Below, in pieces: positions 17,691 through 26,738 of a DNA stretch of 64,000 nucleotides; position 1 is the stretch's first letter; each line of letters starts with the position of its first letter. The position numbers and the translations under genes were made by a program. The notes below the pieces were generated by a model that ran no database searches, was not told where the DNA came from, and saw only the letters and a list, made by a program, of their open reading frames with translations. The DNA is from a virus. The stretch spans positions 1-64,000 of the IMG/VR virus record IMGVR_UViG_3300044691_000591. One strand, given 5' to 3'.

Positions 17691-17863
17691 GCGCGCACTC
17701 TCGCCCGGTCCGGCCCGGTGGCCCGGTCGCGGGCCTGTCCGAAGCAGTCGGGGTGGCCCATGTCGACGCTCTTGCCGCCGGGACCGATCGGCAGGACCGG
17801 ACCGCTACGACTCGGGGCCTCGGTGCACATGCCGCAGCGCGCGGGCTCCACCGGGGCGCTCAC
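17687..17863 (-). CDS. Small hypothetical protein (CxxC...HxxC)
   Basis: CGMC...HPDC; GTGA overlap with upstream gene. Confidence 0.55.
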   Translation of the reverse strand: MSAPVEPARCGMCTEAPSRSGPVLPIGPGGKSVDMGHPDCFGQARDRATGPDRARVRA

Positions 17864-18291
17864 AGTGCCACCGCCTGTGCAGCCGCGGCCACCAGGGCCT
17901 CGCGCAGGGCGACCGGGTCGTGCAGTATCCCGGAGCCGTCGGGCGGCCAGATCCACGAGTCGCTCGCAGGCGCCGGAACCCACACCCATGTCGCGTCGCC
18001 GAGCGCGGCGGTGTCCGGGCAGGACCATGTCTGTGCGGCGCCCGGCGGGATGAGGAAGTAGACCTGGAAGTCGGTGGCGTCCGCGAACGCGGGCGGCCTG
18101 GCAGGGGCGGCGGAGAGGATCCGCAGGGCTGCTGCTGCCCGGTCCTGGTGGGCCACGATCGCGTCGAAGAGCCTGCCTGCGGGCATCAGGGCCGTGTGCT
18201 CCGGGGACTCCTGCCACCAGGAGAAGGCGTGTTCGGGATCGTTGTCGGCTCCGGCGAGCCATTCTGCGGCGGATGCCTGTTCTACGGACAT
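17860..18291 (-). CDS. Conserved actinobacterial protein, Prim-Pol C-terminal-like fold
   Basis: WLA, PAGRLFDAI, YFLIPPG, LG...VWVPAP, WIWPPDGSG.L.DP..L pattern. Confidence 0.65.
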   Translation of the reverse strand: MSVEQASAAEWLAGADNDPEHAFSWWQESPEHTALMPAGRLFDAIVAHQDRAAAALRILSAAPARPPAFADATDFQVYFLIPPGAAQTWSCPDTAALGDATWVWVPAPASDSWIWPPDGSGILHDPVALREALVAAAAQAVAL

Positions 18292-18337
18292 GGCACGACC
18301 TCCTCACGTTGTGGACTGCTGGTGAGGAGATCGTGCC
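18292..18337 (-). promoter_or_regulatory. 16-bp hairpin occluding the RBS of the 17860-18291 gene
   Basis: mRNA GGCACGAUCUCCUCAC-N14-GUGAGGAGGUCGUGCC-AUG, one U-G pair. Confidence 0.65.
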
Positions 18338-18404
18338 AAGAACAAGGGGGGTGTTTACCCACAAAATGTGGGGATGATTTTCTGCCGAAAGGCTTGACAG
18401 TCCG

Positions 18405-19637
18405 TCAGGAAGCCACCCCGACCCAGCGGGCGAACGCCGCCAGGTCACTGCTGTCCGTCCGGTCCGCCCGCACCAGGGACTCCGCGGTGTGCCGCACCGA
18501 CGGGTGGAAGCGCGTGTGCGCTGGAGCCAGCGCCTGGGCCCGCTTCAGAGAGGCGAACGACGCCCCGCGGTCCGCCCGTGCCAGCTGCGCCGCAGCGACG
18601 TCGATGTAGTGGTGCGAGGACCGCTCTGCGGCGATACCGACGGGCAGCACCCACTCGGACTGCCGCTGCTCGGAAGCCCACTCCTCCAGCCGGGCCAGGG
18701 CCTGCTCCGCATCCTCCTCGGCCAGGATCGAGAACCGGTGGATCAGGACATTGGTGGGCCCGAACGCCATCTCGTAGTGGTCCGTGTCCCGGCCGCCGTG
18801 CAAGGTCGCCACCTCAGCCGCCTCGTCCAGCAGAACCCCGGCCGCATCCTGCCTGCCGTCCCGTGCCTCGACGACGGCGAGCTTCAGCATCACCGCGCCG
18901 CGCAGGGCCGTCAGCGGCTCGGTGAGGCTCTCCTCCGGTGCGAGGCGGTCGATCTCGCGGATCAGCCCCGACAGGATGCGCCGCGCGGAGTCGAACGCCC
19001 CCAGGCGCAGCAGCATCCCCGCCCGCAGGTAGGCGGCGGTGACCTGCATGTGCAGGTCACCGGACTGGTCCGCGGCCCACCGGAAGCGCTCCAGGGCGGT
19101 GTTCGACAGGTCCGAGTAGCCGAGCTTGTGCGCCAGGGAGTTCGCGGCCCGGTAGCCGCGGGCCAGCCACCAGAACGCCTCCTTCTGGTCCTCGCCGCCG
19201 TTCTCCAGGGCTGCGTGCGTCAACTCCGACAGCAGGGCTGGCAGGACGTGGCCCATGGTCACGTAGGCGGCGTTCTGTCGCATCCGGGACACGCGCTCGG
19301 TCTCCGCGGCGAGCACCTGCAGTGGCCGGGACGGGACCATGAGGGCGTCCGGGGAGTCGTAGGTGGCCAGGACTCGGCGCAGGTCGGGGATGACGGCCTG
19401 GATGCGCTCGTCGGCCTCGGTGGAGTTGAAGTACGGCTGGCCGTTCAGCACCTCCGGGCCTACAGACAGGGCGCGGGCCAGTGCGGCGACGACGGCGGGT
19501 ACCGGGTTGCGGTCTCCCGACTCGTACTTCTGCAGGGACGACACGGAGATCGTCGCCTTCGCGGCCAACTGGCGGACGGTGAAGTTGCGCATCTTCCGCC
19601 ACGTGCGGATGTTTTCGCCGATGGAGATGTGTGCCAT
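18405..19637 (-). CDS. XRE HTH regulator with long all-helical (TPR-like) C-terminal domain
   Basis: IGENIRTWRKMRNFTVRQLA...KYESGDRNP; FGPTNVLIH, ERSSHHYIDVA, APAHTRFHP motifs. Confidence 0.88.
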   Translation of the reverse strand: MAHISIGENIRTWRKMRNFTVRQLAAKATISVSSLQKYESGDRNPVPAVVAALARALSVGPEVLNGQPYFNSTEADERIQAVIPDLRRVLATYDSPDALMVPSRPLQVLAAETERVSRMRQNAAYVTMGHVLPALLSELTHAALENGGEDQKEAFWWLARGYRAANSLAHKLGYSDLSNTALERFRWAADQSGDLHMQVTAAYLRAGMLLRLGAFDSARRILSGLIREIDRLAPEESLTEPLTALRGAVMLKLAVVEARDGRQDAAGVLLDEAAEVATLHGGRDTDHYEMAFGPTNVLIHRFSILAEEDAEQALARLEEWASEQRQSEWVLPVGIAAERSSHHYIDVAAAQLARADRGASFASLKRAQALAPAHTRFHPSVRHTAESLVRADRTDSSDLAAFARWVGVAS

Positions 19638-19716
19638 GTCGCTGATTGCCTTCCCCTGCAAGAGCGTCTGTCCTGGCAGCGTAGGCTGCCGCGGTGCTGA
19701 TCGGGAGGTGTGACGG

Positions 19717-19965
19717 GTGAATTCTGCATTGCCGCCCTGGGAGACTGGTCGTGTGCACCACACTCCCGACCCCGACCCTGGCGGGGACGATCTCGCCGAC
19801 CTCAACGAGCAGATAGCGGCCCTGTTCGTCGGTCCTGCTGACGAGCCGCTCGACCCGGTGCGGCTGGCCCGGTACCACGTGCTGCGGGATCTGTACGTCC
19901 AGGCCAGGTACGGCGGTGGGGCGCGCGGGCGGGAAGGCGAAGACGACGAGGCGCAGGCGGCCTAG
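19717..19965 (+). CDS. Small hypothetical protein divergent from the XRE regulator
   Basis: LADLNEQIAALF...RYHVL; start possibly GTG 19753. Confidence 0.55.
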   Translation: MNSALPPWETGRVHHTPDPDPGGDDLADLNEQIAALFVGPADEPLDPVRLARYHVLRDLYVQARYGGGARGREGEDDEAQAA

Positions 19966-19985
19966 TGTCGACCCTTCGCCCACTC

Positions 19986-20031
19986 CTATGGCACCCCTCC
20001 CATTGACAAGCTATGGCACGGGCGCCATAGT
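19986..20031 (+). promoter_or_regulatory. Consensus-like promoter overlapped by an inverted-repeat operator
   Basis: TTGACA (20003-20008)-N17-CATAGT; CTATGGC-N6-GCCATAG at 20011-20030; extra half-site CTATGGCAC at 19986. Confidence 0.7.
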
Positions 20032-20076
20032 TCTGTTGTCGGGATGAACCGCCACCCCGGGAAACGGAGCAAGACC

Positions 20077-20577
20077 ATGAACCCCATCACCGCCACCGAC
20101 ATCATCGACTTCCACAACGGCCGCGCCGACCTCCTCGCCCTCACCGAGACCGGCGAGTTCACCCACCTCGACTACAACAACGTCGACGGGCGCGCCGACG
20201 CCTACTCCTACACCGACACCGAAGACGGCGAAGTTCAGATCCTGCTCGAACGCACCACCATCACCGACGGCGAATGGTTCCCCGACGCCCTCGACGACGA
20301 CGGCAACCTGATCCCCTCCATCGCCCAGGAGATGGCGGCCATCATCAACCAGGACGGCATCCTGCCCAGCCGCGCCGCCAAGGCCGTCGAAGCCAGCAAG
20401 CGATGGACCGCAGCCGTCGACCACACCAACGCCCTGGCCCTCACCCGCGCCGCCGCCGTCGCCGAGGTCGTTGACATCGTCGGCGGCAACCAGTCCGAAG
20501 CCGCCCGTGTCCTCGGCCTCGACCAGTCCACGGTCAACAAGCTCGTCAAGAAGGCCAGCACTGCCAACCCGGCTTGA
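20077..20577 (+). CDS. Acidic N-terminal domain fused to a C-terminal HTH
   Basis: GGNQSEAARVLGLDQSTVNKLV HTH; RBS GGAG. Confidence 0.8.
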   Translation: MNPITATDIIDFHNGRADLLALTETGEFTHLDYNNVDGRADAYSYTDTEDGEVQILLERTTITDGEWFPDALDDDGNLIPSIAQEMAAIINQDGILPSRAAKAVEASKRWTAAVDHTNALALTRAAAVAEVVDIVGGNQSEAARVLGLDQSTVNKLVKKASTANPA

Positions 20578-20631
20578 AGCGACCGGCCCCGCCACCGCAC
20601 ACCCGTCCGACCGTCGGGGTAGCCTGCCGGG

Positions 20632-20901
20632 ATGCCCGACGCACCCACCACCGCAGCCCAGAACGCCTACAACGAGGCCCGCGCCGCCGTCGACGCCTAC
20701 GCCGCCCAGGTCGGGGCCGAGCACCGTGAGCGCTACCCCGACCCGACTGGTCCGGAGGGCGAGCCGCGGTGGAGTGAGGAGCAGGCGCTGCTGCGGACGG
20801 CAGCCTGGACCGACGAGGAGAACGCCGAACTCGACCGGCTCCGGGGTGAGGCCAGTACCGCGCTGAAGGTGCTGCTGGCGGAACGGGCAGGCGGCGAGTA
20901 G
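20632..20901 (+). CDS. Hypothetical protein
   Basis: 89 aa, GC3-rich frame. Confidence 0.6.
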   Translation: MPDAPTTAAQNAYNEARAAVDAYAAQVGAEHRERYPDPTGPEGEPRWSEEQALLRTAAWTDEENAELDRLRGEASTALKVLLAERAGGE

Positions 20902-20903
20902 GG

Positions 20904-20947
20904 CCAACTCCCAATCTGCTCCCACTTGCTCCCAGAATGGGAGTTGG
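20904..20947. repeat. Phased CTCCCA direct repeats bracketed by an inverted repeat
   Basis: CCAACTCCCA atc TGCTCCCA ct TGCTCCCA gaa TGGGAGTTGG. Confidence 0.6.
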
Positions 20948-20963
20948 GGCGGCGCGGCATGAC

Positions 20964-20998
20964 GAAAGGCCCCGCCCAGCCCGAAGGCTGAGCGGGGC
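20964..20998 (-). terminator. Intrinsic terminator of the lysis operon
   Basis: GCCCCGCUCAGCC-UUCG-GGCUGGGCGGGGC-CUUU. Confidence 0.75.
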
Positions 20999-21012
20999 AC
21001 AGAAGCAGAGGA

Positions 21013-21549
21013 TCAGCCGGACTTCGGCGGCGCTGTGACGATCGCCAGGCACTCCAGGGCGTCGTAGCCCTGCTTGATGACCGCGAACACGTGGTCATAG
21101 GCCGCAGGACCCTGCGGGAAGATCACGCGCGCCTTCGGGTTCTGCGCCCCCAACAGCACGCTGTACAGCGGGCACAAGGTCTTCTGCCGGGTCGTGGTCT
21201 GCGCCACATCCAGGCGGTGCGCCAGCGCGGCCGTAGCCGCCTGGTTCGCGGCATTGGCGTTCTCGTTGTGCCGCACCTGCACGACGACCAGGATCATCGT
21301 CACGGACAGCAGAATGTCCAGCAGCACACTCGCCGCCAAAGCCCACGTCAGCCGCTTCGTGCGCCGTATCTGCCTCCCGTTCCGCTCCGACTGAGTGGCC
21401 AGGGACACGAACTGATTGCCGGACGCCTCCGACAGCGCATCCAGCTCGGCAACGATCTGCGGCGCCGTCTCCGCCAACTGCGCCAGCAGCGCCGCCACGC
21501 CCGGCTCGGGGCCCACGGGGTCCGGGGGAACCACCGCTTCAGTGCTCAT
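21013..21549 (-). CDS. Lysis-cassette membrane protein
   Basis: One TM helix, coiled coil, C-terminal LCPLY...C pair. Confidence 0.7.
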   Translation of the reverse strand: MSTEAVVPPDPVGPEPGVAALLAQLAETAPQIVAELDALSEASGNQFVSLATQSERNGRQIRRTKRLTWALAASVLLDILLSVTMILVVVQVRHNENANAANQAATAALAHRLDVAQTTTRQKTLCPLYSVLLGAQNPKARVIFPQGPAAYDHVFAVIKQGYDALECLAIVTAPPKSG

Positions 21550-21724
21550 CGGGGGCCTCCGGCTCCTGTATCAACAGAGGTGCCGCCTCATGGCGGAGAC
21601 GTTCAACCTGCACCAGCAACTGCTCGGAGAACCGCTCCAAGTTCGCCGCCGCCGCCAGCATCTGCTCCCGCAGCCGCTTCGATTCCGCAATAGGCCCGCT
21701 GCCCCCCGGGCGGGGATCGGCCAT
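21539..21724 (-). CDS. Small helical hypothetical protein
   Basis: 61 aa; RBS AGGAG. Confidence 0.5.
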   Translation of the reverse strand: MADPRPGGSGPIAESKRLREQMLAAAANLERFSEQLLVQVERLRHEAAPLLIQEPEAPDEH

Positions 21725-21728
21725 GACA

Positions 21729-22052
21729 TCAACTCCTGCGAATCGCGGCCAAGGCGTCAGCCACAGTGCGGCCGGCCTCTCCGATGGCCTGCGTCGACTT
21801 TGAGATCTGATCGAGGTAGACATTGCGAACCGTTTCGTTGAGGGCGTCCAGGGCGGCGGCGTTGGCGTCCGCTCGGGCGTTGGCCCGCTGGAGTGTCTCT
21901 TCCAGTCGGGTCACCTCGCGGTCTCGGACCTGGAGCTCCTGGGCCCGGCTGGTCTCCCACTTCTGGGACAGCCACCGGATGCCGATGAGGCCGACCAGGG
22001 CTAGCAGGCCGACGGCCCCGTACTGCGTCAGTACCTGGGTGACCGGATCCAT
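21729..22052 (-). CDS. Holin-like membrane protein with coiled coil
   Basis: LTQYGAVGLLALVGL TM then coiled coil. Confidence 0.7.
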   Translation of the reverse strand: MDPVTQVLTQYGAVGLLALVGLIGIRWLSQKWETSRAQELQVRDREVTRLEETLQRANARADANAAALDALNETVRNVYLDQISKSTQAIGEAGRTVADALAAIRRS

Positions 22053-22116
22053 CCAGTGGCCTTCCAAGTGCTACGAGAGCAGGGCCGGGCCGCAGGGCGG
22101 CCGACCCTGAAGTTGA

Positions 22117-22446
22117 TCAGTTGCGTGGTGCGGGCTCGACGGCGCGGCGGGTGCCGAAGGCCTGGGCCTGCGCGCTCATGCCGGTCGGCTTGTACAGGCC
22201 GAAGTGCATGGCGACAGAGATGGCGAAGTAGACGAGCCACAGGATGACCGCGCGGCCCAGGCTGTAGCCGTGGGGATGGTTGGACAGCTCGACCAGGAAC
22301 CCGTTCAGGGCGGTGAGGAACAGCAGAACGACTGCCTTCACGGCGGCCGATGTGACCCGGGTGGTGGCCAGGCCGACGAGCATCGGCACGACCACGGCGA
22401 TGAGCAGGCCGAGCCAGTACGCGAGGTTGAGACTGACCTGTGGCAT
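22117..22446 (-). CDS. Holin
   Basis: 109 aa, 3 TM helices, HFGLYKPTG motif, directly after the endolysin. Confidence 0.8.
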   Translation of the reverse strand: MPQVSLNLAYWLGLLIAVVVPMLVGLATTRVTSAAVKAVVLLFLTALNGFLVELSNHPHGYSLGRAVILWLVYFAISVAMHFGLYKPTGMSAQAQAFGTRRAVEPAPRN

Positions 22447-22482
22447 GAGGAGATCCGTTTCTGCGAGACGGGAGGACGCGGG

Positions 22483-23343
22483 CTACTTGCCGGCGAGCAG
22501 TTCCTGGTACCGGGCGTAGGTCACGGTGATCGGGCCGGGCACGCCCTTCGAGGTCAGCTTCGCCTCGTCGGTCGGCGTTGCGACATGCAGCACGATGGCC
22601 GGACTGGACTCCAGGACCACGAAGTCCCCGGGCCAGGTGGTGCCCTTCGGAACGGTGGTCCGGTCGATGGTGATCATGAGCATCTTGGGCTCCTTCGGGA
22701 GGGCGGGAACAGGGGTCGGCACCGGCTTCGGGGCAGGCGGCTTCGGTGCGGGGGGCTGGGGCTGGAACGACAGGGCCCACGCCTTGAGCTCGGCAGTGCT
22801 GCCCAGGTGGCAGTAGTCGTGATCGACCGTCGCCGCCGAGTACTGGTGGAACAGCCACGGGGTGCTGATGCCGGGCTGTCCCGCGGGGAGACCTGCGGTG
22901 GCGATCCACAGGAAGTCGCCGTAGTAGCCGGTCTTGTCGACGTTGCGCCAGTAGTCGACGTTGCAGTACATGCCGACCGGGTTGTGCGGCAGCTTGCTCT
23001 TGACGTAGCGGAGCCACGCGTCCTTGTAGGCGGCCTGCTGGGACCTCGGCACGCCCGCGTTGGCCGCGTCGTAGCCCTCCCAGTCCAGGCAGGGCATGTC
23101 TCCCGGCTTCCACGCCACCTTCGACAGGAAGAAGTCCGCCTCGGCCTGCACCGAGTTGCCCATGTGCGGATATGCGTATCCGCCCCACGCCAGGTCGTTG
23201 GCCTTGGCGTGGTCCCGCTGGGACTGCCACTCCGGGTTCGTGTAGCCGGTGCCCTCGGTGATCTTCGTGAAGGCGAACGACAGGCCGCTCGTGTCCGGCG
23301 CTGCGGACTGGTACGACGCCCAGTCCTGGCCGTAGATGCCCAT
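22483..23343 (-). CDS. GH25 muramidase endolysin
   Basis: GQDWASYQ, FTKITEG, LDWE, LWIA, WLFHQYS; Pro-rich linker; C-terminal binding domain. Confidence 0.92.
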   Translation of the reverse strand: MGIYGQDWASYQSAAPDTSGLSFAFTKITEGTGYTNPEWQSQRDHAKANDLAWGGYAYPHMGNSVQAEADFFLSKVAWKPGDMPCLDWEGYDAANAGVPRSQQAAYKDAWLRYVKSKLPHNPVGMYCNVDYWRNVDKTGYYGDFLWIATAGLPAGQPGISTPWLFHQYSAATVDHDYCHLGSTAELKAWALSFQPQPPAPKPPAPKPVPTPVPALPKEPKMLMITIDRTTVPKGTTWPGDFVVLESSPAIVLHVATPTDEAKLTSKGVPGPITVTYARYQELLAGK

Positions 23344-24221
23344 CAGGCTCCGATCTGGGTCAGCGCTCCCCGCACGGCGGCGGCGACCTGCGCACCGGTG
23401 GGGCCGGTCGGGGTTGGCGTCGGCACCGGGGTGGGTGCGGGCTGCGGCGGCACGATGGCCGGGAAGGGCTTGCCGGTGATCGCGGTGTAGTCCGCGGCCA
23501 GCGCGGTGAGGTCGACGCCGGCGAGGAACTCGGCGCTCTGCAGGTGCTCGGGCCAGATGACGACCCAGGCCTCCTCGACCTCGTGGCGCCAGAAGGCGTC
23601 AGTGAAGGAGGTCTCGGCCGCCCAGGTGATGAACCGCTCGTCGCCACCCAGCGCCCCGGTGCCGGCCGGGCCGTAGCCGCCGGTGATGACGGAGTGGCCG
23701 CCGTCGACCGGCGAGGACCGGACGTAGTCCCAGGGCTGGCCGTTGCCGAACTCGTCCTGGTTGACGTCCAGCACGGTGATGCCGGTCCACACTGACCCGA
23801 AGATCGCGATGGCGGCCTGGACTTCGGCCGCGTTGGTGTGGTTGACCTGCGCGAACCCGACCGCCTTCACGCCGTCGGGGCCGCCGTGGGTGACGAGGTA
23901 CTCCAGGGCGGTCTGGATGTCCATGCCGTCGTCCTGCTGGGGGAAGCCAGGGTTCTGGGTTTTGTAGAACGCCAGGACCTGGTCCTGCGTCGGGTAGTTC
24001 TCCTTGCCCGCGACCGCGGTGACCAGGCGGCGCACGTTCGCCCAGGTCACGGCTACACAGTCGCCGTATTGGTCGTTGCCGAGCATCTGCCAGCCGGACA
24101 GCCGCGCGAGGTAGTCCGCGGCGGTCGGGTGGGTGGGGACCACGCCGGTCAGGGCGCGGGACAGCTGGATCGCCTTGGCGCGCTTCGGGGCCTTGCGGCC
24201 GTAGCGGCGAGTGTGGGTCAT
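23343..24221 (-). CDS. Papain-like cysteine peptidase
   Basis: MLGNDQYGDCV (Cys), GGHSVITGGY (His), FITW; coupled to the endolysin. Confidence 0.75.
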   Translation of the reverse strand: MTHTRRYGRKAPKRAKAIQLSRALTGVVPTHPTAADYLARLSGWQMLGNDQYGDCVAVTWANVRRLVTAVAGKENYPTQDQVLAFYKTQNPGFPQQDDGMDIQTALEYLVTHGGPDGVKAVGFAQVNHTNAAEVQAAIAIFGSVWTGITVLDVNQDEFGNGQPWDYVRSSPVDGGHSVITGGYGPAGTGALGGDERFITWAAETSFTDAFWRHEVEEAWVVIWPEHLQSAEFLAGVDLTALAADYTAITGKPFPAIVPPQPAPTPVPTPTPTGPTGAQVAAAVRGALTQIGA

Positions 24222-24458
24222 GTACGGCTCCGGGAGAGAAGACAGCAGGGGCTCCCGGGGCGGCGGGTGATCACAGCGTAGCGCTGGCACTGTACAAAGT
24301 GGAGTGCTAGGAGTTCATAGCTGTACGTGATGGACAAGAGCGGGATACCGTGACAGGACGGCCACCGCTTCCCCCGAGGCAGGCCCGCGGCGGGCGGCAT
24401 TGGACGGCTCCGGTGCCCCCGCCGCCCCAGGAGCCGAACCGCAGCCGGAGACCAACCC

Positions 24459-25511
24459 ATGCTTGAGCAGCCCAACCGTCTTGATGTGTACGGCTGGTGC
24501 GCCGACCGCACCGCCTGCGGACTCCTCCGCGTCGAACTCCCACTCCTGGCCCTGCGCACGCGCGGCCTGCGCACCGCATTCTCCGGCGAGGCCCTGCCCG
24601 ACCTCGCGCCCCGCGTCCTGATCGGCCAGCGCGTCTGCATGCCCAACCCCGCAGAGACCTGGCAGCGCCTCGCCGCCAGCCGCGGCCGGGACGTCCGGCT
24701 CATAGCCGAGGCCGACGACGACCTCCTGGAGGTCGACCCCAGCTCGCCGGCGTACCCGTTCTACGGATCGCCCGAGGTCCGCGCCCGGCTGCAGGACTGG
24801 CTGCGGGTGGCCGACGCGGTGACGGTGACCACGGAGCCGCTGGCTGAGGCGATGCGCCGGTACACCGCGGCTGAGGTGCACGTGGTCCCCAACTACCTGC
24901 CGGAGTGGCTGCTCCAGCACGAGCGCCCGCGCCGGGTCGACGGCGGCCTCACGATCGGCTGGGGCGGCTCGAACACGCACCGCATGGACTGGGCGGAGTG
25001 CGCGGACCAGGTGCGGCGCTTCTTCGCCCGCGCGCGGCCGGACGTCGAGCTGCACCTGATGGGCGCGGCCCACGAGGACTGTGCGCGGCACGGGCATGCT
25101 GCGGTGTGCGACTGCCCGTGCCACCAGCTGCGGCTGCCTGAGGGCCGGACCCGGTACTCGCCGTGGACCAGTTCGGTGCCGGACTACTGGCGGGCGATCG
25201 ACTACGACGTGATGCTGTGCCCGCTGCGCCCGCACCAGTTCAACAGGTCCAAGTCGAACTTGCGCGTCCTGGAGGCGGCCATGCTGGGCATACCGGTCGT
25301 GGCCAGCGAGTACGGCCCCTACGCCCAGTTCGTTCAGCACGGCGTGACCGGCCTGCTGGTGCGCCGCGATCACGAGTGGGCGCAGCACCTGCGGGCCCTG
25401 GTCGAGGACGAGGCGATGCGCGAGGAGATGGGTGGTGCGGCCCGGCGGCAGGCTGCGGCGTGGACCCTCGAAGGGCACGTCGACGAATGGGCGAAGGTGC
25501 TGGCGCCATGA
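24459..25511 (+). CDS. Glycosyltransferase, GT-B fold (GT4-like)
   Basis: DDDL, TVTTEPL, VVPN, IGWGGSNTH, FNRSKSNLRVLEAAMLGIPVVAS. Confidence 0.92.
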   Translation: MLEQPNRLDVYGWCADRTACGLLRVELPLLALRTRGLRTAFSGEALPDLAPRVLIGQRVCMPNPAETWQRLAASRGRDVRLIAEADDDLLEVDPSSPAYPFYGSPEVRARLQDWLRVADAVTVTTEPLAEAMRRYTAAEVHVVPNYLPEWLLQHERPRRVDGGLTIGWGGSNTHRMDWAECADQVRRFFARARPDVELHLMGAAHEDCARHGHAAVCDCPCHQLRLPEGRTRYSPWTSSVPDYWRAIDYDVMLCPLRPHQFNRSKSNLRVLEAAMLGIPVVASEYGPYAQFVQHGVTGLLVRRDHEWAQHLRALVEDEAMREEMGGAARRQAAAWTLEGHVDEWAKVLAP

Positions 25512-26047
25512 GCGGCGGATCTTACGACTACCTCTACTGCCATACCGAGGACCTGTCTGGGCGTCGCGGGACGGTCGAGGAGATGGCGGAGCGGCTCGAA
25601 GGGCTGCCCTATGCCGCTGTGGCTGCCGCCGCTACCCGGCGTGTCCTCACGCTGCTCGCCGACGCGCAGGTCCTCGCGGACCAACTAGCGGCCGTGTGGC
25701 ACGACGTCGAGTGGTGGGACTCGTCCGACAGCACCGAGACCGAGGTGGTGACGTCCACTCAGATATTCGCCATCAGCGCCCCAGTGCCCGAGCTCGTCGG
25801 TAGGCGTCTGGCCATCCATGCAGATCTTCCCGCGCCCTCTGAGCGACGGCGACTACGGAAGTCCGCAGGACTCTCGCAGGCCGAGTTGGCACACATTGTT
25901 GGCGTCACCACTGCCGCCGTTGGCCACTGGGAAACCGGCACCCGCAGCACTCCTCGCGGGCAACTCCTTGACCGGTACGTCGAAGCGCTGCGCAAGTTCC
26001 GGACGCTGGATGCTGCAGCAACCACGGGAGCCGTGACTGATGCCTGA
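25508..26047 (+). CDS. MSGGSYDY-type phage domain fused to an XRE HTH
   Basis: C-term RRRLRKSAGLSQAELAHIVGVTTAAVGHWETGTR; overlaps both neighbours. Confidence 0.75.
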   Translation: MSGGSYDYLYCHTEDLSGRRGTVEEMAERLEGLPYAAVAAAATRRVLTLLADAQVLADQLAAVWHDVEWWDSSDSTETEVVTSTQIFAISAPVPELVGRRLAIHADLPAPSERRRLRKSAGLSQAELAHIVGVTTAAVGHWETGTRSTPRGQLLDRYVEALRKFRTLDAAATTGAVTDA

Positions 26048-26738
26048 CCTGACGATGATCGTGCCCACCCGGGGCAGGCCCGACAACCTGCGCCAGCTCT
26101 GGGCCGCATGGCGCGCCACCTCCAGCAGCTACAGCCTGCTCGTCGCTGTCATCGACACCGACGACCCCGAGCACGACAACTACTGGCGGGTCCGCGACGA
26201 GATCGGCGACGACCCGCACTTCAAGATGGTCGCCGGTCCCCGGCTGCGCCTCGGACCCACCCTCGACCTCGCCGCACGCGAGGCCGCCGACCGCTCCTTC
26301 GCCGTCGGGTTCCTGGGCGACGACCACCGCCCGCGCACCGACGGCTGGGACACCGCCTACCTCGCCGAGCTGCGCCGCCTCGACACGGGCATCGTCTACG
26401 GCGACGACCTCATCCAGCACGAGGCGCTGCCCACCCAGGTCGCCATGACCTCCGACATCATCCGCGCGACCGGCCACATGGTGCCCCCGGGTGCCATTCA
26501 CATGTACCTCGACAATGCGTGGAAGTCCCTCGGCGAGGCCCTGGGTGCCCTGTCGTACCTGCCGCAGGTGGTGGTCGAGCACTGCCATCCCATCGCCGGA
26601 ACCGCCGAATGGGACGCCGGGTACCGCGAGGTCAACGACGGCGCGGTGTACGACTTCGACAAGGCCGTGTTCGAGCAGTGGCAGAGCATCGACCTGCCCC
26701 GCTGGGTCCAGCAGATCAAGGAGTTCCCGCGTGGCTGA
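26040..26738 (+). CDS. Glycosyltransferase, GT-A fold (GT2-like)
   Basis: IVPTRGRP, VIDTDD, FLGDDH, HMYLDN, VEHCHP. Confidence 0.88.
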   Translation: MPDLTMIVPTRGRPDNLRQLWAAWRATSSSYSLLVAVIDTDDPEHDNYWRVRDEIGDDPHFKMVAGPRLRLGPTLDLAAREAADRSFAVGFLGDDHRPRTDGWDTAYLAELRRLDTGIVYGDDLIQHEALPTQVAMTSDIIRATGHMVPPGAIHMYLDNAWKSLGEALGALSYLPQVVVEHCHPIAGTAEWDAGYREVNDGAVYDFDKAVFEQWQSIDLPRWVQQIKEFPRG

